Shown: piece by piece, positions 52,261 to 60,676 of the stretch
How the letters are laid out: each line of letters starts with the position of its first letter
How positions within the stretch are numbered: position 1 is the first letter of the stretch
Assembly: GCA_963807605.1 (NCBI GenBank)
Contig: CAWECG010000003.1
Location: 1,093,265-1,157,264, forward strand
Source: Candidatus Bathyarchaeota archaeon
Lineage (GTDB): Archaea; Thermoproteota; Bathyarchaeia; 40CM-2-53-6; RBG-13-38-9
Length of the DNA stretch: 64,000 nt
Direction of reading: 5' to 3'
Made by a program: the position numbers and the translations under genes
Notes under the pieces: model-generated
Told to the model about the DNA's origin: nothing
The model's database searches: none
Seen by the model: the letters and a program-made list of their open reading frames with translations, nothing else

Positions 52261-53157
52261 TGGGTGACTAAGATCATCTGTGATAGTTGCCTAGAAGCCT
52301 TGAGATCCTATTTGAGCCTTAGAGGGCCAGGTGAACTTACCCACCCCTAAAGGGTGTGGGATTTCCCGCTCACCTTTTTTAAAGAGGGAGAATTAATCTG
52401 GCAACATTTAGGATCTATTGTTGGAATGCAAAAGATGATGCTTAGACTAGGCCAACGAATCAACGTTGTCCACAGAGTCAATAATAGTGATTCTGGCACA
52501 AGATACGGCTTTAATTTACACGAGATGCGGGATATCGCTCGGAGCTTATGGCATGAGAACGGATCCGATTTGAGTGTCGCAGAATTCACTCTTAGGCATT
52601 CAATCGATAAAAATGGGTATGACAGAATAATGACCTTGTCGCCGGATTATGCAATTAAAGAGTTCAAAAAGGCTGAACCCTACCTGAACTTGATGAGCGA
52701 AACGACGAGCTCGGAAACTCAGAGCGAGGTTTCGGCTCTAAAAATCCAAATCGCCTTACTGAATCTCAAAATGGAGGAGACAGTATTCTTTAGGAATCTA
52801 GAAAATTATCTAGAGGACCCTGAAGGTCTAATGATCCCCGCCGAGATCTCGTCGTTTGAGGCATGGACTAGCCAGAATTTGAACTACAAGTTTTTGCTAG
52901 AGAAGGATGCGGAGATCGCTAAAAAATATTACTCGGAGTCTGAAGTCAGACAGCATCTAGAATATCCACGGATCAATAGGAAGGTTTTGAATGCCTACTA
53001 CAAAGTGCTTTCCAAGAGACCTGAGCAGGAGATCTCCAAGCTGAAGGCTAAACAATTCAAGCAGCGGTATGGTTTTGCACCTAAAATGTTCTTCGAAACC
53101 CTGACGGTTGAGGAGAAAGATCAAATTCGCCGATTCAGTAGACCTCAACGAGGATGA
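52261..53157 (+). pseudogene. Tyrosine recombinase/integrase C-terminal remnant interrupted by mini-IS
   Basis: LEALRSYLSLRGP|VKEGELIW once 52331-52378 is removed; HEMRD (HxxR) and EFTLRHSIDKNGY (H...Y); N-terminus absent. Confidence 0.72.
52331..52378 (-). mobile_element. 48-bp solo-hairpin IS200/IS605 derivative (PATE-like)
   Basis: Minus strand TTAA|AAAAGGTGAGCGGGAAATCCCACACCCTTTAGGGGTGGGTAAGTTCAC = left end of the tnpB element fused to its right end. Confidence 0.88.
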
Positions 53158-53505
53158 CAATAAGATATTCCAAAGACTAGTTAGAGAGCACTAACGCACA
53201 GCGAGGTAAGGATCCACTTACAGAGCACGCGTGAATAGTACAAGCCTAGTATAAGACAAGTGCTGCTTTACCAAAGTACCGAGTTCAATACTTACTCTAC
53301 AAGTATAATAGTAGTTTGTACAATACAGTACTGCCCAGTCCATACATGGTTCTGGCTAACTACAAAAGTAGTAGTTGTTAGTGCGTTATTACTACTACTA
53401 GTTACTTGTTTAGCTAACAAAGTACTTCTTCTTAAGAACGTTAAATATGGTATACAATGTTATACGTGACTCTGCAAACTCCGTGGATATTTAACATCAT
53501 ATACC

Positions 53506-53646
53506 GACAAGAACTATACACTCGCCCAGTACAGGATAGCTGAGAAGTATCTTAACATAATCTCAGGATCAGCTGAGGTCTCCCAGCTCCAGGAAGAAAT
53601 GCAGAAACGCGACGAGGCTGTAAAGAAGCTCACAGCGCGCGCGTAA
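53506..53646 (+). pseudogene. Second integrase C-terminal tail fragment
   Basis: DKNYTLAQYRIAEKYLNIIS aligns with SPDYAIKEFKKAEPYLNLMS of the upstream remnant. Confidence 0.55.
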
Positions 53647-53658
53647 CTCTGGCGCGGG

Positions 53659-54061
53659 GTTTCAATCGCTCTATGATAGAATTGAAAGGCTCGGATTCGA
53701 CGAAGGAAACGGACAGCGAGATAACCAAGTTCTATGAAATAACCTAGGCCTTTTAAAGGAAAAACAATGATTTGGAAATAGTATCCAACTGGGATCCGTA
53801 GCAGCTATGGCATAAGGAAACCGTGAAGTCTCCAAGTAAGCTAGACCTGACAGAATCGGAGAATAACCCTAAGGAAAAACAGTAAAGTATCCAAGGGGAA
53901 GCAATAGTAGACCTGACTCGAGATAATCGAAATCTATTTAGAGAGAGTCAAAGTCAAAGAACCAAGAATAGCCGTGTACAAAAATGTGAAAAGAAGCAAG
54001 TGACCAGATGCTAACTAGGGCACGGGATCCGTAGGCAATCGATCTAGGGTAGAATTGAAAG
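53659..54061 (+). CRISPR. Two orphan CRISPR-repeat-like 30-mers (53659-53688, 54032-54061); not a regular array
   Basis: GTTTCAATCGCTCTATGATAGAATTGAAAG and TAGGCAATCGATCTAGGGTAGAATTGAAAG, 23/30 identical, both ending ATTGAAAG; no cas genes in window. Confidence 0.45.
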
Positions 54062-54243
54062 GCCTCGAGAAGTATCCAGATCAGGGTTCTGTTAAGTTGA
54101 TGGGACACGACTCTGCCTGTTAACAGTCGGGACATGGACAAAACAGGGTCAGTACGAACGGCTCAGCTAAGAAATGAAGAAAGTCCTTCAAGAATACATG
54201 GAAAGACACTAGCGACACACCGTTCATGTTCAACTACCCTTAA

Positions 54244-55589
54244 AAAAGGTGAGCGGGAAATCCCACACCCTTTAGGGGTGGGATGAAAACGAACTGGTAT
54301 CAGCATTATAAGCGGAGTTTACAAAAAATGTAGTGAGTACAATGCAGTCTTCAGTGCGCTATAGGCTTTACCCAACAAGGGAACAAGAGGAGGAGATATC
54401 TGCATACCTTGAGCTTTGCCGGTGGCTCTACAACTACTTCTTGGGAATAGTTAGGTGCAGTGTAAAGGCGCCAAAAAGGAAACTTCTACAAGAGATGATC
54501 CCTGCCCTATGCAGATACAAGCCTGAGCTTGAGAAGCTACACTCAAAGACACGGCAATACGTCCTCTACCAACTGTACTCCAATCTCAGGGCACTCTCTG
54601 AGATGAAGAAGAGAGGCAGGAAGGTTGGGAGGCTAAGATTCAAGGGACGTGGATGGTTCAAGGCCTTCATCTACAACCAATCTGGATTCTTAATCAAGCA
54701 TGGTGCAAAGCAGATACGACAGATGGGATTGCTCCACCTCAGCAAGATAGGAGACATCCCAATACGGCTGCATAGGAAGGTTGAGGGCGAAGTCAAACAG
54801 ATCATTATCAAGCGGTCTGCGAACGGCAAGTGGTATGCAATAACCTCCATCGAATATGACCATCCGATAAATACTAAGCCAGTGGACAGAAGCAAAATTG
54901 TTGGGGTAGATGTTGGCATAGTAAACTATGCCTACGATTCTAATGGAAGAGTGACCCCTCATCCGCATAACATCGACAAAAAACTGAAAAGACTCCAAAG
55001 AGAGCAGAGACGGCTATCAAGAAAGAAGAAGGAATCAAGAAACAGGATGAAACAGAAGGTCAAGGTCGCATCAATCCATGAGGAGATAACAAACTGCAGG
55101 AATGACTTCTTGCACAAACTCTCAAGATACTACGTTGACAAACACGATGTAATCTGCATGGAAGATCTGAATATTCAGGATTTGATGCAGGGGATCCGTA
55201 ATGCCAAGAATATGGCTGATGCTTCATGGGGAAGATTTGGAATGATGGTAGGGTACAAGGCTGAAACTGCCTGTAAACTACGAATCCAAGTACCGCCCCA
55301 GAACACCAGCCAGGATTGCAGTGGATGTGGCGCTAAAGTTCCTAAAACTCTTGCAGTGAGGATACACAAGTGTCCCCATTGTAGGCTAAAGATTGATAGG
55401 GACTTCAATGCATCACTCAATATAAGACGTTTAGGACTGGAAAGAATAGGGTGGGAACCATCCGAATACACGCCTGTGGAGATGAAGCCGCTACCCACCA
55501 TTATTGGTGGGCATGTTTCGTCGCTGAAGCAGGAACTTCTCTATCCGCAAGGGGAGAAGCCCACACCCTTTAGGGGTGGGTAAGTTCAC
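54244..55589 (+). mobile_element. Non-autonomous IS200/IS605 (IS1341-like) element carrying tnpB
   Basis: Identical hairpin CCCACACCCTTTAGGGGTGGG at both ends; TTAA 5' of left end; right end stops at TCAC; no tnpA. Confidence 0.88.
54333..55583 (+). CDS. tnpB: RNA-guided endonuclease TnpB
   Basis: YRLYPT, RuvC-I GVDVG, RuvC-II MEDL, Zn ribbon CSGC..CPHC, RuvC-III DRDFNAS. Confidence 0.95.
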   Translation: MSTMQSSVRYRLYPTREQEEEISAYLELCRWLYNYFLGIVRCSVKAPKRKLLQEMIPALCRYKPELEKLHSKTRQYVLYQLYSNLRALSEMKKRGRKVGRLRFKGRGWFKAFIYNQSGFLIKHGAKQIRQMGLLHLSKIGDIPIRLHRKVEGEVKQIIIKRSANGKWYAITSIEYDHPINTKPVDRSKIVGVDVGIVNYAYDSNGRVTPHPHNIDKKLKRLQREQRRLSRKKKESRNRMKQKVKVASIHEEITNCRNDFLHKLSRYYVDKHDVICMEDLNIQDLMQGIRNAKNMADASWGRFGMMVGYKAETACKLRIQVPPQNTSQDCSGCGAKVPKTLAVRIHKCPHCRLKIDRDFNASLNIRRLGLERIGWEPSEYTPVEMKPLPTIIGGHVSSLKQELLYPQGEKPTPFRGG

Positions 55590-55609
55590 AGATACACAAA
55601 CAAGAAACT
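55400..55609 (+). ncRNA. Predicted TnpB omega/reRNA overlapping tnpB 3' end (5' boundary approximate); guide ~55590-55609
   Basis: Established TnpB architecture; right-end hairpin and TCAC followed by AGATACACAAACAAGAAACT. Confidence 0.6.
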
Positions 55610-55725
55610 AATTCTCTAGGCTTTTGTGGGAAGTGGGTCTCAGGGGTCAGACTCAAGATAAGGTTCTTTAGTCACATTCATTGGATACCCGATCGTGACG
55701 ACGAATAGTCAGAGGGTGGTGATGG

Positions 55726-56241
55726 ATGGTGAAGAAGTCGTGGTTCGTTCCGGGGACGATTCTAGTCATCATCTTGATGATTGGAGCGGCAGTCTACATG
55801 GGCTCCGTGACTGAGACTGTCCAGACTCCTACGCCTACGACGCCAGCGGCCACAACTTCAACCCCGACGGTGACCACACCGCCCCCCTTGAACGATACCG
55901 ACGCGATAAACCGGTTGTTGTCCAACTTCCACGAGTCTGTAAGAGCAAAATCGCTAGACGGCGTCATGTCGCTTTTCACTGATGACGCCACTTTCATCGC
56001 ACCGACTAGGGAAAGATTCTTAGGAAAGAGTCAGATTGCTGGGTATTTTGGCTATCGTTTCCAAAATGAAGCTGGACCAATAGATCTACAAGTTCTCGAC
56101 ACCTCGGTTAATATCAAAGGGTATGGAGCAACAGTCAAGACAAAGATTGCAAGCTATGGGAAATTCGGCACGGAGTTTTTCGAGCTGGTAAAAGTTAGGG
56201 GAATCTGGAAAATTTCAAGTCTGACATTATTCAGTTACTGA
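55726..56241 (+). CDS. Membrane-anchored NTF2/SnoaL-like protein with Thr/Pro linker
   Basis: N-terminal TM, TPTPTTP linker, SLFTDDATF, GIWKISS; GGTGAT RBS. Confidence 0.75.
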   Translation: MVKKSWFVPGTILVIILMIGAAVYMGSVTETVQTPTPTTPAATTSTPTVTTPPPLNDTDAINRLLSNFHESVRAKSLDGVMSLFTDDATFIAPTRERFLGKSQIAGYFGYRFQNEAGPIDLQVLDTSVNIKGYGATVKTKIASYGKFGTEFFELVKVRGIWKISSLTLFSY

Positions 56242-56254
56242 CAACCCACAAACA

Positions 56255-56505
56255 AGGGATCTGCAGGCTGAGTCGTCAGAGACCCACGGTTAAAACCGTG
56301 GGCTTGAAATGGTGGTATTGATGCAAACTTTGACTAGACGGCTCGGCTCGCAGAGTCGGGTTAGCGGCGTGGAAGGCTACAAGCACGGCAAGTTACGAGA
56401 CCTAGACTTGCCCTCTGCGTCAGAACCACTAAATGGCACGGCTGTCAAACGTGATAGTCTAAGCCTTTCATGCAGCGTCGAAGGTCACAAAACTCCGAAA
56501 GGAGG
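56255..56505 (+). ncRNA. IsrB omegaRNA (HEARO-like): guide ~56255-56274, scaffold from 56275
   Basis: GTCA...TTGACTAG closing stem, GGAAGGCT/AGCCTTTC stem, GGCAAGT/ACTTGCC stem, terminal CTCCGAAAGGAG hairpin. Confidence 0.75.
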
Positions 56506-57576
56506 GCGAATATCGCCAACCCTCAAGGTTCCAGTTGTTGGCATTGATGGGAAACCATTGATGCCTACGACTCCCCAGAGGGCAAGAAAGCTGTTGAAGG
56601 ATGGAGTAGCGGAGAAACAGTGGAACAAGCTTGGGCAATTCTACATACAGATGCTAAGGCAGGTCGGCATTGGGAAGCAACTAGTATGTCTTGCAGAGGA
56701 TCCCGGAAGCAAGTGGGATGGAGTAGCTGTAGTTTCCAAGGAGTTGGTTTTGACATGTGGAATGCTTGTGCTTCCCTCAAAGGTGGCTGAGAAGGTTACC
56801 CAACGCAGAGAGATGCGTAGAGCTAGGCGATTCAGGAATACGCCGAGAAGAGCCAAACGGTTCGATAACAGACGTAGGCCAGATGGATGGATTACTCCAA
56901 GCCAGAAGGCAAAGGTAGACTTCCGAATTGAAATCGTAGACGAGCTATGCAAAATCTATCCCATCAATCAATTTGCTGCTGAGGATGTGCGATTCAACCA
57001 CTACAAGAAACGTTGGGGAAAACACTTCAGTACTGTTGAGATCGGTAAGGCAAAATTCTACAGTCATTTGAGAGGGCTTGGACAGTTGACTCTCTATAGG
57101 GGTGTAGATACTGTTGAGTGGCGTGATAAACTTGGTTTGTCAAAGAATAGTCGAAAGAACAGTTTAACTTGGGACTCTCATGCTGTAGATGCCATCGCCA
57201 TTGGATGTGCAGAGTTAGGCTGTGAGAATCCTTATCCGCCTGAATTCTGGGTTTGGAAACGCTTCGAGTACGCTAGGCGTCAGCTCCACAGACTTGAACC
57301 AGATAAGGGTGGTATCCGTAGAAGGTACGGTGGCTCATGGAGTATTTCACCATTTAGGAAAGGTGACGTGGTACAATACCCGAATGGAATTGCTAGAGTT
57401 GGAGGCTTCATGGACGATTTATCACTGCATAGATTTAGTCTGGCAAACAAACGTTTCACACAGACTGCGAAACTAGAAGAGTGTAAACGACTTTTCAATC
57501 AACAAATATTCAGCAGGTATGAGGTCCCCCAATTCATCCCACCCATGAATAGTGTGGGTTTCCTTGGGGGATTTTG
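56275..57576 (+). mobile_element. IS200/IS605-type element carrying isrB
   Basis: Ends GTCAGAGACCCACGGTTAAAACCGTGGGCTTG and CCCACCCATGAATAGTGTGGGTTTCCTTGGGGGATTTTG|ATGA. Confidence 0.82.
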
Positions 57577-57577
57577 A
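56309..57577 (+). CDS. isrB: IsrB (HNH-less IscB homolog, RRXRR family) RNA-guided nickase; true start uncertain
   Basis: PLMP motif, RuvC-I EDPGSK, Arg-rich bridge helix RREMRRARR, RuvC-II EDV, RuvC-III SHAVDA; no HNH or CxxC between RuvC-II and III. Confidence 0.85.
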   Translation: MVVLMQTLTRRLGSQSRVSGVEGYKHGKLRDLDLPSASEPLNGTAVKRDSLSLSCSVEGHKTPKGGRISPTLKVPVVGIDGKPLMPTTPQRARKLLKDGVAEKQWNKLGQFYIQMLRQVGIGKQLVCLAEDPGSKWDGVAVVSKELVLTCGMLVLPSKVAEKVTQRREMRRARRFRNTPRRAKRFDNRRRPDGWITPSQKAKVDFRIEIVDELCKIYPINQFAAEDVRFNHYKKRWGKHFSTVEIGKAKFYSHLRGLGQLTLYRGVDTVEWRDKLGLSKNSRKNSLTWDSHAVDAIAIGCAELGCENPYPPEFWVWKRFEYARRQLHRLEPDKGGIRRRYGGSWSISPFRKGDVVQYPNGIARVGGFMDDLSLHRFSLANKRFTQTAKLEECKRLFNQQIFSRYEVPQFIPPMNSVGFLGGF

Positions 57578-57714
57578 TGAAGATTCGGGTTGTCGCAGGG
57601 AATTGATTTCAGAGTAGTTTTGTCAAGTTGTTTTGAACGCGGCTGGAACCGTGAAGATCGCTGTGGGTGCAAGAGGTTCAAATAGAGGAAAGCCTAGCAA
57701 GATGCTGACAGAAA

Positions 57715-58911
57715 TTGGGCCGTAGACTCAGTGCAACGCTGATCGGGTCAGTCCTAATATTGGTCTTGGTCACGCTACTGATCATCGCCAGCAATTCCAT
57801 CAAAGAGGCTGAAACATTACGCCTGGGAGAGGCTAAAGACCAAGTCTCTAAGGAGATCGGTGGGTACTACAGATCTGTTCCGGTTTCCTTAAGAGTTGAC
57901 AACAGGACACATCTGATTTACATCTACTATAATCCATGCCGAAGTTGCGATCAAGACCGAAGGAAGATGATACAGGGAAGTTTCTCAGTCTGGACTTCAA
58001 ACGTCTCCTCCTCAAGTGTTCAACTTGAGATCATAAACTCTTACCAGTCGCCTAATCAGACTGAATCGTATCTGGAATCCTTCGGTATCCATGGTTACAA
58101 TTGGGGCTTCACTACGCTGATAATATACAGGAACAGTGAGGCCTATATTCTAAACCCCCCATTCGAGGACGAAAATGTTCAGAAAGCTATCTCTTATCTG
58201 AATTATGGGATTGTCCCTACCTCAGTTAAGACTCTTCCACTCTCCACACCTCTTGTCTACGCCCTTGGGACTGTCTCAGGGCTTAATCCATGCTTTGTAG
58301 CGTTAGCTTCAGCCTTTCTCGCAACCTCAACCCAAGATCAAGGGCGAAAGGTAGCGAGGAGACTTGTCTTGGTCTCTCTGGGACTGATCTACGCCTACTT
58401 GATCTTCTTCACCCTGATACTTGCAAGCCCCGGCGTGGTAAGTTATTTGCCGAGAGTGACTTGGATGGTTGCGCTAGTTCTGCTCGGTGTCGGTGTACTC
58501 TACCTTGTTGAGGTTACCTATGACTTGTACGCGAGAAGATGGGGTGCAGGCAGTCATATCGAGGCAAAGATACCTATATTCAGGACACCAAAGATTTTCA
58601 AGTCCAGAATCAGAAGATCTGAAAGTTCAAGCGGATTATATGATTTCGGTCTAGGAGCGTTCTTCTCTCTTGTCAAGTTGCCATGTATAGCTGCTTATCT
58701 CTTCATACTGCTAGTTAATTCAACGAATCAACTTGTGGATATCGCCGTTTTCACTCTTGGAGTTGTTTCTCCAATAGTTTTGATGGGAGGCTTGATCGGT
58801 CTGGGCATGGTTAAGATTAATCAATTGACGGAGCTCCAATTCAAAGGCAGAATCATTCAGCGAGCTGCAATAGGTATTATATTAGTCGTCTCTGTCATAT
58901 TCATCCTCTAA
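57715..58911 (+). CDS. CcdA/DsbD-like membrane protein with N-terminal thioredoxin-like domain
   Basis: YNPCRSC; GLNPCF and KLPC Cys pair in TM region. Confidence 0.8.
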   Translation: MGRRLSATLIGSVLILVLVTLLIIASNSIKEAETLRLGEAKDQVSKEIGGYYRSVPVSLRVDNRTHLIYIYYNPCRSCDQDRRKMIQGSFSVWTSNVSSSSVQLEIINSYQSPNQTESYLESFGIHGYNWGFTTLIIYRNSEAYILNPPFEDENVQKAISYLNYGIVPTSVKTLPLSTPLVYALGTVSGLNPCFVALASAFLATSTQDQGRKVARRLVLVSLGLIYAYLIFFTLILASPGVVSYLPRVTWMVALVLLGVGVLYLVEVTYDLYARRWGAGSHIEAKIPIFRTPKIFKSRIRRSESSSGLYDFGLGAFFSLVKLPCIAAYLFILLVNSTNQLVDIAVFTLGVVSPIVLMGGLIGLGMVKINQLTELQFKGRIIQRAAIGIILVVSVIFIL

Positions 58912-59203
58912 AAATGCCACAGAAATGCCTGAGACTATTTTCTCAGGGGATGGTGCCAGAGTTTGTCAAAGCAAGAATGTCGAGAATGCCAGAATGCCGC
59001 TTGGAAGTTTTGGCTTCCAGCAGCCTTATTTGGGGTCGCATCTTTTGGGGGATGGGTTCTAGGCGATAAGCCTCCGTTCCCAGATTGGATGGGACTCAGC
59101 CTACTCATAACTCTGAAAGCGAGTCCTCTACTTCAAAGTGATTTGTGTTATGTGGCTCAAGTCTGGGTGGAGAAGCAGATTGTCGTATTAAGTTTCTTCA
59201 ATA

Positions 59204-60676
59204 TGAAGCTGATCGTCGGCGTGGAGGAGGTGCTCATCGCCTCGTCATACGTCACCGTGACGGTGAAATTCCCGTTGCCGATGTCGTCCTGAGTGACCGT
59301 CGGCACGTTGGTCGTCACGCTGCTGACGGTCGGCACAGCGGGCGTAACCGTGACTTGCGCGGAGGACGGGGTATTGAGGCTGGGAACGTCGGCCGTCTGG
59401 TTCTCGGCGTCGTGCCGCCGCTGCGTTGCTCTCGGTGACGCTCACCGTCTGGCCTTTGGCGACCTGGATGGCGGTGAACGTGTGCGCCGTCGATCAGCGT
59501 CGCTGGTGCCGTCGGTCGTGACCGGTGACGCTCGTCGCCGCTGGGCAGTGCACTCTTGGCCGATGGGGTTGCCGTCGGCGAGCACTCCACCGTCGCCGCT
59601 GGTGACGCCGGTAACGTTGAAAGTGGAGGGCCTGGCGCTGCTGCGAGTTGTTCAAGTTGGTGGTCTGGCTGCTGCCGCCGCTGGGCGGCACGAAGGCCAC
59701 GCTGCTCGGCGCCGCCGGCGTGACCGTGGCGCAAGGGTTGGCCGGCGTTCGACGACGAATCGGCCGCGATCGTGACGGTGAAGGCTGCGGCGTCGGCGTG
59801 TCCGTGCCGTCGTTGGCGGTCACCGTGACCGTGACCGTGCCGGTGGCCCCCGCCGGCGGCCGCAACTCCAGCACGCCGTTCTGCGTGTCCGTGAAGATCG
59901 AGGTCGACTTGATCGTCACCGGAGTCACAAGTATACAATGCCGTTGGGTCCTGGGTGGAGCTTTCGTCCGCCATCGCCGCGATGGCCTGGTTCGACGGCT
60001 CGCCCGCCGTCTGAAAACCGAAGATCGTGTAGTTGAAGTCGAGGCCCCGGGTAGCCTCCTCCGTGACAAAGAACTCCTCGAGTTGGTGCTCGGGGTCGTT
60101 ACCCCGCCATGGCCAGAAGGCCGGCCGAGGTGAATTGGAGGTCGGGATTGAACTCCTCGGCCATCGCCGGCTGGTCGGGCTTGATGGCGCCGGTGGGCGG
60201 GTCATTGCCGCCTTGGATCACGAAGCGGGTTGCCGCTGGCGTCCATTGCCGTTGCGGTAAATCTGCGCCCGTTGTAGAACCCGCAATTGACCAGACTCTC
60301 GATCGCCGCGGTAGTGTTCGGCGCGAGATTGTCGAACAACTGGAAGTCCATCGTCTCGGTCGATGCCGTTGATGTCGACGTTCCAGTTGCAGGCTCTTGT
60401 TGGTCTGCGGCATGATCACCGGCGTGAGCTTCGAGTAGTCGGAAGCCGTCACCGCGAAGTTCAGCGTCGGCCCGGACTCGCTGCCGGCCAGGGGAATGAA
60501 AATCGTGGTTCCCGCCGGCATGCGTCACGTTGGCGATCGACCCCAGGCCGACCGGCTGAGCAGGCAGCGGCTCTCGAGCTGGTCGAACCTGGCCTGCCGG
60601 CGTATCCAAAGCGCCGGCAAGAACCATGGATGCGCGAGAGCGATCGCTTCGTATGAATCGAATGAGACTTCTTCAC
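59204..60676 (-). CDS. Secreted cyclophilin-type PPIase with Planctomycete extracellular signal (frameshifted, 3'-truncated)
   Basis: ARFDQLESRCLLS, FQLFDNLAPNT, FVIQGG, EEFNPDLQFTSAGLLAMA, LDFNYTIFG across frames. Confidence 0.72.

Noticed and set aside
52354-53157. 267-aa ORF as an intact gene
   Set aside because: Its start lies inside the 48-bp mini-element; it is an integrase remnant.
53659-54061. A bona fide CRISPR array
   Set aside because: Only two recognisable repeats, 373-nt spacing, no cas genes; kept as orphan repeats.
55590-56256. TnpB guide targeting the IsrB flank via shared CACAAACAAG
   Set aside because: Only 10 nt, not TAM-proximal, and no TTAA at the right position.
56464-56472. 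AGCCTTTCA in the omegaRNA as a tracr-like anti-repeat
   Set aside because: It already pairs with TGGAAGGCT inside the scaffold, and 9 nt is within chance.
56309-57577. IscB or Cas9 call
   Set aside because: No HNH or CxxC insertion between RuvC-II and RuvC-III, so IsrB.
52167-59203. attR copy of the tRNA-Ser 3' end
   Set aside because: None found by eye; TGGCGCGGGG at ~53650 is short, inverted and imperfect.
58963-59292. 109-aa ORF
   Set aside because: It crosses the archaeal/bacterial junction, so its C-terminus is artefactual.
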